A model generated the notes under the pieces. That model made no database searches. It was not told the DNA's origin and saw only the letters and a program-made list of their open reading frames with translations. 64,000 nucleotides of DNA, from positions 9,796,001-9,860,000 of the forward strand of contig OZ193909.1 of NCBI GenBank assembly GCA_964276515.1. Reading direction: 5' to 3'. Origin of the DNA: Gordius albopunctatus (taxonomy: Eukaryota). Shown here piece by piece: positions 10,396 to 23,200 of the stretch (position 1 is its first letter; the number at the start of each line of letters is the position of its first letter). The translations under genes were made by a program, and so were the position numbers.

Positions 10396-13200
10396 TAGCT
10401 TTCTAAGCGTGTCTCTAGTTTTTGCGAAACAAACTCTATGTGATCGTGATTTAAAGTTAATAATTTTTGAGGACTGATCAAAAAAATTTTTCACTAATTG
10501 ACCTCTGATATCAAAAACTTTCATGACGGCTATATTGTTGAACAAAAAAATTGAAAAATTTTTGAAGTCGAAAAAAATATTTATTTTCATATTCTATCAA
10601 AAGGGGGCTGAAAGAATCTTTAAAAGTTAGTAAATATTCTTAGCATCATGTCCTTGTTAGAATCCGTATGATAATTTTTGCACGGGGTGAGGTTTTAGAT
10701 TGAGAGAAACTAAACTTTTCGTGTTGCGTTTAGATTGTTTCAAAATCGCTTTCTAAGCGTGTCTCTAGTTTTTGAGAAACAAACTCTATTTGATCGTGAT
10801 TTAAAGTTAATAATTTTTGAGGACGATCAAAAATTTTTCACTAATTGACCTCTGATATCAAATCTTTCATGACGGCTATATTGTTGAACAAAAAAATTGA
10901 AAAAATTTTGATGTCGAAAAAAATATTTATTTTCCTATTCTTTCGAAAGGGGGATGAAAAAATCTTTAAAATTTAGAAACTAAACTTTTCGTGTTGCGTT
11001 TAGATTGTTTCAAAATCGCTTTCTAAGCGTGTCTCTAGTTTTTGTGAAACAAACTCTATTTGATCGTGATTTAAAGTTAATAATTTTTGAGGACTGATCA
11101 AAAATTTTTTCACTAATTGACCTCTGATATCAAAAACTTTCATGACGGCTATATTGTTGAACAAAAAAATTGAAAAATTTTTGAAGTCGAAAAAAATATT
11201 TATTTTCATATTCTATCAAAAGGGGGCTGAAAGAATCTTTAAAAGTTAGTAAATATTCTTAGCATCATGTCCTTGTTAGAATCCGTATGATAATTTTTGC
11301 ACGGGGTGAGGTTTTAGATTGAGAGAAACTAAACTTTTCGTGTTGCGTTTAGATTGTTTCAAAATCGCTTTCTAACCGTGTCTCTAGTTTTTGAGAAACA
11401 AACTCTATTTGATCGTGATTTAAAGTTAATAATTTTTGAGGACGATCAAAAATTTTTCACTAATTGACCTCTGATATCAAATCTTTCATGACGGCTATAT
11501 TGTTGAACAAAAAAATTGAAAAAATTTTGATGTCGAAAAAAATATTTATTTTCATATTCTATCGAAATGGTGCTGAAAGAATCTTTAAAATTTAGAAACT
11601 AAACTTTTCGTGTTGCGTTTAGATTGTTTCAAAATAGCTTTCTAAGCGTGTCTCTAGTTTTTGCGAAACAAACTCTATGTGATCGTGATTTAAAGTTAAT
11701 AATTTTTGAGGACTGATCAAAAAAATTTTTCACTAATTGACCTCTGATATCAAAAACTTTCATGACGGCTATATTGTTGAACAAAAAAATTGAAAAATTT
11801 TTGAAGTCGAAAAAAATATTTATTTTCATATTCTATCAAAAGGGGGCTGAAAGAATCTTTAAAAGTTAGTAAATATTCTTAGCATCATGTCCTTGTTAGA
11901 ATCCGTATGATAATTTTTGCACGGGGTGAGGTTTTAGATTGAGAGAAACTAAACTTTTCGTGTTGCGTTTAGATTGTTTCAAAATCGCTTTCTAACCGTG
12001 TCTCTAGTTTTTGAGAAACAAACTCTATTTGATCGTGATTTAAAGTTAATAATTTTTGAGGACGATCAAAAATTTTTCACTAATTGACCTCTGATATCAA
12101 ATCTTTCATGACGGCTATATTGTTGAACAAAAAAATTGAAAAAATTTTGATGTCGAAAAAAATATTTATTTTCCTATTCTTTCGAAAGGGGGATGAAAAA
12201 ATCTTTAAAATTTAGAAACTAAACTTTTCGTGTTGCGTTTAGATTGTTTCAAAATCGCTTTCTAAGCGTGTCTCTAGTTTTTGTGAAACAAACTCTATTT
12301 GATCGTGATTTAAAGTTAATAATTTTTGAGGACTGATCAAAAATTTTTTCACTAATTGACCTCTGATATCAAAAACTTTCATGACGGCTATATTGTTGAA
12401 CAAAAAAATTGAAAAATTTTTGAAGTCGAAAAAAATATTTATTTTCATATTCTATCAAAAGGGGGCTGAAAGAATCTTTAAAAGTTAGTAAATATTCTTA
12501 GCATCATGTCCTTGTTAGAATCCGTATGATAATTTTTGCACGGGGTGAGGTTTTAGATTGAGAGAAACTAAACTTTTCGTTTTGCGTTTAGATTGTTTCA
12601 AAATCGCTTTCTAACCGTGTCTCTAGTTTTTGAGAAACAAACTCTATTTGATCGTGATTTAAAGTTAATAATTTTTGAGGACGATCAAAAATTTTTCACT
12701 AATTGACCTCTGATATCAAATCTTTCATGACGGCTATATTGTTGAACAAAAAAATTGAAAAAATTTTGATGTCGAAAAAAATATTTATTTTCATATTCTA
12801 TCGAAATGGTGCTGAAAGAATCTTTAAAATTTAGAAACTAAACTTTTCGTGTTGCGTTTAGATTGTTTCAAAATAGCTTTCTAAGCGTGTCTCTAGTTTT
12901 TGCGAAACAAACTCTATGTGATCGTGATTTAAAGTTAATAATTTTTGAGGACTGATCAAAAAAATTTTTCACTAATTGACCTCTGATATCAAAAACTTTC
13001 ATGACGGCTATATTGTTGAACAAAAAAATTGAAAAATTTTTGAAGTCGAAAAAAATATTTATTTTCATATTCTATCAAAAGGGGGCTGAAAGAATCTTTA
13101 AAAGTTAGTAAATATTCTTAGCATCATGTCCTTGTTAGAATCCGTATGATAATTTTTGCACGGGGTGAGGTTTTAGATTGAGAGAAACTAAACTTTTCGT
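10390..13200. repeat. Local higher-order repeat, 1239-bp 4-mer (2 long + 2 short), about 2.3 copies
   Basis: Identical ORF variants at 10390/11629/12868 and at 11000/12239, all offset 1239. Confidence 0.85.
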
Positions 13201-16200
13201 GTTGCGTTTAGATTGTTTCAAAATCGCTTTCTAAGCGTGTCTCTAGTTTTTGAGAAACAAACTCTATTTGATCGTGATTTAAAGTTAATAATTTTTGAGG
13301 ACGATCAAAAAATTTTCACTAATTGACCTCTGATATCAAAAACTTTCATGACGGCTATATTGTTGAACAAAAAAATTGAAAAAATTTTGATGTCGAAAAA
13401 AATATTTATTTTCCTATTCTTTCGAAAGGGGGATGAAAAAATCTTTAAAATTTAGAAACTAAACTTTTCGTGTTGCGTTTAGATTGTTTCAAAATCGCTT
13501 TCTAAGCGTGTCTCTAGTTTTTGAGAAATAAACTCTATGTGATCGTGATTTAAAGTTAATAATTTTTGAGGACTGATCAAAAAAAGTTTTCACTAATTGA
13601 CCTCTGATATCATAAACTTTCATGACGGCTATATTGTTGAACAAAAAAATTGAAAAAATTTTGATGTCGAAAAAAATATTTATTTTCATATTCTATCGAA
13701 AGGGTGCTGAAAGAATCTTTAAAATTTAGAAACTAAACTTTTCGTGTTGCGTTTAGATTGTTTCAAAATAGCTTTCTAAGCGTGTCTCTAGTTTTTGCGA
13801 AACAAACTCTATTTGATCGTGATTTAAAGTTAATAATTTTTGAGGACGATCAAAAATTTTTCACTAATTGACCTCTGATATCAAATCTTTCATGACGGCT
13901 ATATTGTTGAACAAAAAAATTGAAAAAATTTTGATGTCGAAAAAAATATTTATTTTCCTATTCTTTCGAAAGGGTGATGAAAAAATCTTTAAAATTTAGA
14001 AAATAAACTTTTCGTGTTGCGTTTAGATTGTTTCAAAATCGCTTTCTAAGCGTGTCTCTAGTTTTTGTGAAACAAACTCTATTTGATCGTGATTTAAAGT
14101 TAATAATTTTTGAGGACTGATCAAAAAATTTTTCACTAATTGACCTCTGATATCAAAAACTTTCATGACGGCTATATTGTTGAACAAAAAAATTGAAAAA
14201 ATTTTGATGTCGAAAAAAATATTTATTTTCCTATTCTTTCGAAAGGGGGATGAAAAAATCTTTAAAATTAAGAAACTAAACTTTTCGTGTTGCGTTTAGA
14301 TTGTTTCAAAATCGCTTTCTAAGCGTGTCTCTAGTTTTTGAGAAACAAACTCTATTTGATCGTGATTTAAAGTTAATAATTTTTGAGGACGATCAAAAAT
14401 TTTTCACTAATTGACCTCTGATATCAAATCTTTCATGACGGCTATATTGTTGAACAAAAAAATTGAAAAAATTTTGATGTCGAAAAAAATATTTATTTTC
14501 ATATTCTATCGAAAGGGTGCTGAAAGAATCTTTAAAATTTAGAAACTAAACTTTTCGTGTTGCGTTTAGATTGTTTCAAAATAGCTTTCTAAGCGTGTCT
14601 CTAGTTTTTGCGAAACAAACTCTATGTGATCGTGATTACGAGTTAATAATTTTTGAGGACGATCAAAAATTTTTCACTAATTGACCTCTGATATCAAATC
14701 TTTCATGACGGCTATATTGTTGAACAAAAAAATTGAAAAAATTTTGATGTCGAAAAAAATATTTATTTTCCTATTCTTTCGAAAGGGGGATGAAAAAATC
14801 TTTAAAATTTAGAAACTAAACTTTTCGTGTTGCGTTTAGATTGTTTCAAAATCGCTTTCTAAGCGTGTCTCTAGTTTTTGTGAAACAAACTCTATTTGAT
14901 CGTGATTTAAAGTTAATAATTTTTGAGGACTGATCAAAAATTTTTTCACTAATTGACCTCTGATATCAAAAACTTTCATGACGGCTATATTGTTGAACAA
15001 AAAAATTGAAAAATTTTTGAAGTCGAAAAAAATATTTATTTTCATATTCTATCAAAAGGGGGCTGAAAGAATCTTTAAAAGTTAGTAAATATTCTTAGCA
15101 TCATGTCCTTGTTAGAATCCGTATGATAATTTTTGCACGGGGTGAGGTTTTAGATTGAGAGAAACTAAACTTTTCGTGTTGCGTTTAGATTGTTTCAAAA
15201 TCGCTTTCTAACCGTGTCTCTAGTTTTTGAGAAACAAACTCTATTTGATCGTGATTTAAAGTTAATAATTTTTGAGGACGATCAAAAATTTTTCACTAAT
15301 TGACCTCTGATATCAAATCTTTCATGACGGCTATATTGTTGAACAAAAAAATTGAAAAAATTTTGATGTCGAAAAAAATATTTATTTTCATATTCTATCG
15401 AAATGGTGCTGAAAGAATCTTTAAAATTTAGAAACTAAACTTTTCGTGTTGCGTTTAGATTGTTTCAAAATAGCTTTCTAAGCGTGTCTCTAGTTTTTGC
15501 GAAACAAACTCTATGTGATCGTGATTTAAAGTTAATAATTTTTGAGGACTGATCAAAAAAATTTTTCACTAATTGACCTCTGATATCAAAAACTTTCATG
15601 ACGGCTATATTGTTGAACAAAAAAATTGAAAAATTTTTGAAGTCGAAAAAAATATTTATTTTCATATTCTATCAAAAGGGGGCTGAAAGAATCTTTAAAA
15701 GTTAGTAAATATTCTTAGCATCATGTCCTTGTTAGAATCCGTATGATAATTTTTGCACGGGGTGAGGTTTTAGATTGAGAGAAACTAAACTTTTCGTGTT
15801 GCGTTTAGATTGTTTCAAAATCGCTTTCTAAGCGTGTCTCTAGTTTTTGAGAAACAAACTCTATTTGATCGTGATTTAAAGTTAATAATTTTTGAGGACG
15901 ATCAAAAAATTTTCACTAATTGACCTCTGATATCAAAAACTTTCATGACGGCTATATTGTTGAACAAAAAAATTGAAAAAATTTTGATGTCGAAAAAAAT
16001 ATTTATTTTCCTATTCTTTCGAAAGGGGGATGAAAAAATCTTTAAAATTTAGAAACTAAACTTTTCGTGTTGCGTTTAGATTGTTTCAAAATCGCTTTCT
16101 AAGCGTGTCTCTAGTTTTTGAGAAATAAACTCTATGTGATCGTGATTTAAAGTTAATAATTTTTGAGGACTGATCAAAAAAAGTTTTCACTAATTGACCT

Positions 16201-17255
16201 CTGATATCATAAACTTTCATGACGGCTATATTGTTGAACAAAAAAATTGAAAAAATTTTGATGTCGAAAAAAATATTTATTTTCATATTCTATCGAAAGG
16301 GTGCTGAAAGAATCTTTAAAATTTAGAAACTAAACTTTTCGTGTTGCGTTTAGATTGTTTCAAAATAGCTTTCTAAGCGTGTCTCTAGTTTTTGCGAAAC
16401 AAACTCTATTTGATCGTGATTTAAAGTTAATAATTTTTGAGGACGATCAAAAATTTTTCACTAATTGACCTCTGATATCAAATCTTTCATGACGGCTATA
16501 TTGTTGAACAAAAAAATTGAAAAAATTTTGATGTCGAAAAAAATATTTATTTTCCTATTCTTTCGAAAGGGTGATGAAAAAATCTTTAAAATTTAGAAAA
16601 TAAACTTTTCGTGTTGCGTTTAGATTGTTTCAAAATCGCTTTCTAAGCGTGTCTCTAGTTTTTGTGAAACAAACTCTATTTGATCGTGATTTAAAGTTAA
16701 TAATTTTTGAGGACTGATCAAAAAATTTTTCACTAATTGACCTCTGATATCAAAAACTTTCATGACGGCTATATTGTTGAACAAAAAAATTGAAAAAATT
16801 TTGATGTCGAAAAAAATATTTATTTTCCTATTCTTTCGAAAGGGGGATGAAAAAATCTTTAAAATTAAGAAACTAAACTTTTCGTGTTGCGTTTAGATTG
16901 TTTCAAAATCGCTTTCTAAGCGTGTCTCTAGTTTTTGAGAAACAAACTCTATTTGATCGTGATTTAAAGTTAATAATTTTTGAGGACGATCAAAAATTTT
17001 TCACTAATTGACCTCTGATATCAAATCTTTCATGACGGCTATATTGTTGAACAAAAAAATTGAAAAAATTTTGATGTCGAAAAAAATATTTATTTTCATA
17101 TTCTATCGAAAGGGTGCTGAAAGAATCTTTAAAATTTAGAAACTAAACTTTTCGTGTTGCGTTTAGATTGTTTCAAAATAGCTTTCTAAGCGTGTCTCTA
17201 GTTTTTGCGAAACAAACTCTATGTGATCGTGATTACGAGTTAATAATTTTTGAGG
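12050..17255. repeat. Tandem duplication of a 2597-bp 9-mer (2 long + 7 short); ends approximate
   Basis: ORF offsets 12239/14836, 12868/15465, 13489/16086. Private variants at 14003/16600 and 14638-40/17235-37. Confidence 0.9.
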
Positions 17256-20200
17256 ACTGATCAAAAAAATTTTTCACTAATTGACCTCTGATATCAAAAA
17301 CTTTCATGACGGCTATATTGTTGAACAAAAAAATTGAAAAATTTTTGAAGTCGAAAAAAATATTTATTTTCATATTCTATCAAAAGGGGGCTGAAAGAAT
17401 CTTCAAAAGTTAGTAAATATTCTTAGCATCATGTCCTTGTTAGAATCCGTATGATAATTTTTGAACGGAGTGAGGTTTTAGATTGAGAGAAACTAAACTT
17501 TTCGTGTTGCGTTTAGATTGTTTCAAAATAGCTTTCTAAGCGTGTCTCTAGTTTTTGCGAAACAAACTCTATGTGATCGTGATTTAAAGTTAATAATTTT
17601 TGAGGACTGATCAAAAAAATTTTTCACTAATTGACCTCTGATATCAAAAACTTTCATGACGGCTATATTGTTGAACAAAAAAATTGAAAAATTTTTGAAG
17701 TCGAAAAAAATATTTATTTTCATATTCTATCAAAAGGGGGCTGAAAGAATCTTTAAAAGTTAGTAAATATTCTTAGCATCATGTCCTTGTTAGAATCCGT
17801 ATGATAATTTTTGCACGGGGTGAGGTTTTAGATTGAGAGAAACTAAACTTTTCGTGTTGCGTTTAGATTGTTTCAAAATCGCTTTCTAAGCGTGTCTCTA
17901 GTTTTTGAGAAACAAACTCTATTTGATCGTGATTTAAAGTTAATAATTTTTGAGGACGATCAAAAATTTTTCACTAATTGACCTCTGATATCAAATCTTT
18001 CATGACGGCTATATTGTTGAACAAAAAAATTGAAAAAATTTTGATGTCGAAAAAAATATTTATTTTCCTATTCTTTCGAAAGGGGGATGAAAAAATCTTT
18101 AAAATTTAGAAACTAAACTTTTCGTGTTGCGTTTAGATTGTTTCAAAATCGCTTTCTAAGCGTGTCTCTAGTTTTTGCGAAACAAACTCTATGTGATCGT
18201 GATTTAAAGTTAATAATTTTTGAGGACTGATCAAAAAAATTTTTCACTAATTGACCTCTGATATCAAAAACTTTCATGACGGCTATATTGTTGAACAAAA
18301 AAATTGAAAAAATTTTGATGTCGAAAAAAATATTTATTTTCATATTCTATCGAAAGGGTGCTGAAAGAATCTTTAAAATTTAGAAACTAAACTTTTCGTG
18401 TTGCGTTTAGATTGTTTCAAAATCGCTTTCTAAGCGTGTCTCTAGTTTTTGAGAAACAAACTCTATTTGATCGTGATTTAAAGTTAATAATTTTTGAGGA
18501 CTGATCAAAAAATTTTTCACTAATTGACCTCTGATATCAAAAACTTTCATGACGGCTATATTGTTGAACAAAAAAATTGAAAAAATTTTGATGTCGAAAA
18601 AAATATTTATTTTCCTATTCTTTCGAAAGGGGGATGAAAAAATCTTTAAAATTAAGAAACTAAACTTTTCGGGTTGCGTTTAGATTGTTTCAAAATCGCT
18701 TTCTAAGCGTGTCTCTAGTTTTTGTGAAACAAACTCTATTTGATCGTGATTTAAAGTTAATAATTTTTGAGGACTGATCAAAAAATTTTTCACTAATTGA
18801 CCTCTGATATCAAAAACTTTCATGACGGCTATATTGTTGAACAAAAAAATTGAAAAATTTTTGAAGTCGAAAAAAATATTTATTTTCATATTCTATCAAA
18901 AGGGGGCTGAAAGAATCTTTAAAAGTTAGTAAATATTCTTAGCATCATGTCCTTGTTAGAATCCGTATGATAATTTTTGAACGGAGTGAGGTTTTAGATT
19001 GAGAGAAACTAAACTTTTCGTGTTGCGTTTAGATTGTTTCAAAATCGCTTTCTAAGCGTGTCTCTAGTTTTTGAGAAACAAACACTATTTGATCGTGATT
19101 TAAAGTTAATAATTTTTGAGGACGATCAAAAATTTTTCACTAATTGACCTCTGATATCAAATCTTTCATGACGGCTATATTGTTGAACAAAAAAATTGAA
19201 AAAATTTTGATGTCGAAAAAAATATTTATTTTCCTATTCTTTCGAAAGGGAGATGAAAAAATCTTTAAAATTTAGAAACTAAACTTTTCGTGTTGCGTTT
19301 AGATTGTTTCAAAATCGCTTTCTAAGCGTGTCTCTAGTTTTTGTGAAACAAACTCTATTTGATCGTGATTTAAAGATAATAATTTTTGAGGACTGATCAA
19401 AAAATTTTTTCACTAATTGACCTCTGATATCAAAAACTTTCATGACGGCTATATTGTTGAACAAAAAAATTGAAAAATTTTTGAAGTCGAAAAAAATATT
19501 TATTTTCATATTCTATCAAAAGGGGGCTGAAAGAATCTTTAAAAGTTAGTAAATATTCTTAGCATCATGTCCTTGTTAGAATCCATATGATAATTTTTGC
19601 ACCGGGTGAGGTTTTAGATTGAGAGAAACTAAACTTTTCGTGTTGCGTTTAGATTGTTTCAAAATCGCTTTCTAACCGTGTCTCTAGTTTTTGAGAAACA
19701 AACTCTATTTGATCGTGATTTAAAGTTAATAATTTTTGAGGACGATCAAAAATTTTTCACTAATTGACCTCTGATATCAAATCTTTCATGACGGCTATAT
19801 TGTTGAACAAAAAAATTGAAAAATTTTTGAAGTCGAAAAAAATATTTATTTTCATATTCTATCAAAAGGGGGCTGAAAGAATCTTTAAAAGTTAGTAAAT
19901 ATTCTTAGCATCATGTCCTTGTTAGAATCCGTATGATAATTTTTGCACGGGGTGAGGTTTTAGATTGAGAGAAACTAAACTTTTCGTGTTGCGTTTAGAT
20001 TGTTTCAAAATCGCTTTCTAAGCGTGTCTCTAGTTTTTGCGAAACAAACTCTATGTGATCGTGATTTAAAGTTAATAATTTTTGAGGACTGATCAAAAAA
20101 ATTTTTCACTAATTGACCTCTGATATCAAAAACTTTCATGACGGCTATATTGTTGAACAAAAAAATTGAAAAAATTTTGATGTCGAAAAAAATATTTATT

Positions 20201-23200
20201 TTCATATTCTATCGAAAGGGTGCTGAAAGAATCTTTAAAATTTAGAAACTAAACTTTTCGTGTTGCGTTTAGATTGTTTCAAAATCGCTTTCTAAGCGTG
20301 TCTCTAGTTTTTGAGAAACAAACTCTATTTGATCGTGATTTAAAGTTAATAATTTTTGAGGACGATCAAAAATTTTTCACTAATTGACCTCTGATATCAA
20401 ATCTTTCATGACGGCTATATTGTTGAACAAAAAAATTGAAAAATTTTTGAAGTCGAAAAAAATATTTATTTTCATATTCTATCAAAAGGGGGCTGAAAGA
20501 ATCTTTAAAAGTTAGTAAATATTCTTAGCATCATGTCCTTGTTAGAATCCATATGATAATTTTTGCACCGGGTGAGGTTTTAGATTGAGAGAAACTAAAC
20601 TTTTCGTGTTGCGTTTAGATTGTTTCAAAATCGCTTTCTAACCGTGTCTCTAGTTTTTGAGAAACAAACTCTATTTGATCGTGATTTAAAGTTAATAATT
20701 TTTGAGGACGATCAAAAATTTTTCACTAATTGACCTCTGATATCAAATCTTTCATGACGGCTATATTGTTGAACAAAAAAATTGAAAAATTTTTGAAGTC
20801 GAAAAAAATATTTATTTTCATATTCTATCAAAAGGGGGCTGAAAGAATCTTTAAAAGTTAGTAAATATTCTTAGCATCATGTCCTTGTTAGAATCCGTAT
20901 GATAATTTTTGCACGGGGTGAGGTTTTAGATTGAGAGAAACTAAACTTTTCGTGTTGCGTTTAGATTGTTTCAAAATCGCTTTCTAAGCGTGTCTCTAGT
21001 TTTTGAGAAACAAACTCTATTTGATCGTGATTTAAAGTTAATAATTTTTGAGGACGATCAAAAATTTTTCACTAATTGACCTCTGATATCAAATCTTTCA
21101 TGACGGCTATATTGTTGAACAAAAAAATTGAAAAAATTTTGATGTCGAAAAAAATATTTATTTTCCTATTCTTTCGAAAGGGGGATGAAAAAATCTTTAA
21201 AATTTAGAAACTAAACTTTTCGTGTTGCGTTTAGATTGTTTCAAAATCGCTTTCTAAGCGTGTCTCTAGTTTTTGTGAAACAAACTCTATTTGATCGTGA
21301 TTTAAAGTTAATAATTTTTGAGGACTGATCAAAAATTTTTTCACTAATTGACCTCTGATATCAAAAACTTTCATGACGGCTATATTGTTGAACAAAAAAA
21401 TTGAAAAATTTTTGAAGTCGAAAAAAATATTTATTTTCATATTCTATCAAAAGGGGGCTGAAAGAATCTTTAAAAGTTAGTAAATATTCTTAGCATCATG
21501 TCCTTGTTAGAATCCGTATGATAATTTTTGCACGGGGTGAGGTTTTAGATTGAGAGAAACTAAACTTTTCGTGTTGCGTTTAGATTGTTTCAAAATCGCT
21601 TTCTAACCGTGTCTCTAGTTTTTGAGAAACAAACTCTATTTGATCGTGATTTAAAGTTAATAATTTTTGAGGACGATCAAAAATTTTTCACTAATTGACC
21701 TCTGATATCAAATCTTTCATGACGGCTATATTGTTGAACAAAAAAATTGAAAAAATTTTGATGTCGAAAAAAATATTTATTTTCATATTCTATCGAAATG
21801 GTGCTGAAAGAATCTTTAAAATTTAGAAACTAAACTTTTCGTGTTGCGTTTAGATTGTTTCAAAATAGCTTTCTAAGCGTGTCTCTAGTTTTTGCGAAAC
21901 AAACTCTATGTGATCGTGATTTAAAGTTAATAATTTTTGAGGACTGATCAAAAAAATTTTTCACTAATTGACCTCTGATATCAAAAACTTTCATGACGGC
22001 TATATTGTTGAACAAAAAAATTGAAAAATTTTTGAAGTCGAAAAAAATATTTATTTTCATATTCTATCAAAAGGGGGCTGAAAGAATCTTTAAAAGTTAG
22101 TAAATATTCTTAGCATCATGTCCTTGTTAGAATCCGTATGATAATTTTTGCACGGGGTGAGGTTTTAGATTGAGAGAAACTAAACTTTTCGTGTTGCGTT
22201 TAGATTGTTTCAAAATCGCTTTCTAAGCGTGTCTCTAGTTTTTGAGAAACAAACTCTATTTGATCGTGATTTAAAGTTAATAATTTTTGAGGACGATCAA
22301 AAAATTTTCACTAATTGACCTCTGATATCAAAAACTTTCATGACGGCTATATTGTTGAACAAAAAAATTGAAAAAATTTTGATGTCGAAAAAAATATTTA
22401 TTTTCCTATTCTTTCGAAAGGGGGATGAAAAAATCTTTAAAATTTAGAAACTAAACTTTTCGTGTTGCGTTTAGATTGTTTCAAAATCGCTTTCTAAGCG
22501 TGTCTCTAGTTTTTGAGAAATAAACTCTATGTGATCGTGATTTAAAGTTAATAATTTTTGAGGACTGATCAAAAAAAGTTTTCACTAATTGACCTCTGAT
22601 ATCATAAACTTTCATGACGGCTATATTGTTGAACAAAAAAATTGAAAAAATTTTGATGTCGAAAAAAATATTTATTTTCATATTCTATCGAAAGGGTGCT
22701 GAAAGAATCTTTAAAATTTAGAAACTAAACTTTTCGTGTTGCGTTTAGATTGTTTCAAAATAGCTTTCTAAGCGTGTCTCTAGTTTTTGCGAAACAAACT
22801 CTATTTGATCGTGATTTAAAGTTAATAATTTTTGAGGACGATCAAAAATTTTTCACTAATTGACCTCTGATATCAAATCTTTCATGACGGCTATATTGTT
22901 GAACAAAAAAATTGAAAAAATTTTGATGTCGAAAAAAATATTTATTTTCCTATTCTTTCGAAAGGGTGATGAAAAAATCTTTAAAATTTAGAAACTAAAC
23001 TTTTCGTGTTGCGTTTAGATTGTTTCAAAATCGCTTTCTAAGCGTGTCTCTAGTTTTTGTGAAACAAACTCTATTTGATCGTGATTTAAAGTTAATAATT
23101 TTTGAGGACTGATCAAAAAATTTTTCACTAATTGACCTCTGATATCAAAAACTTTCATGACGGCTATATTGTTGAACAAAAAAATTGAAAAAATTTTGAT

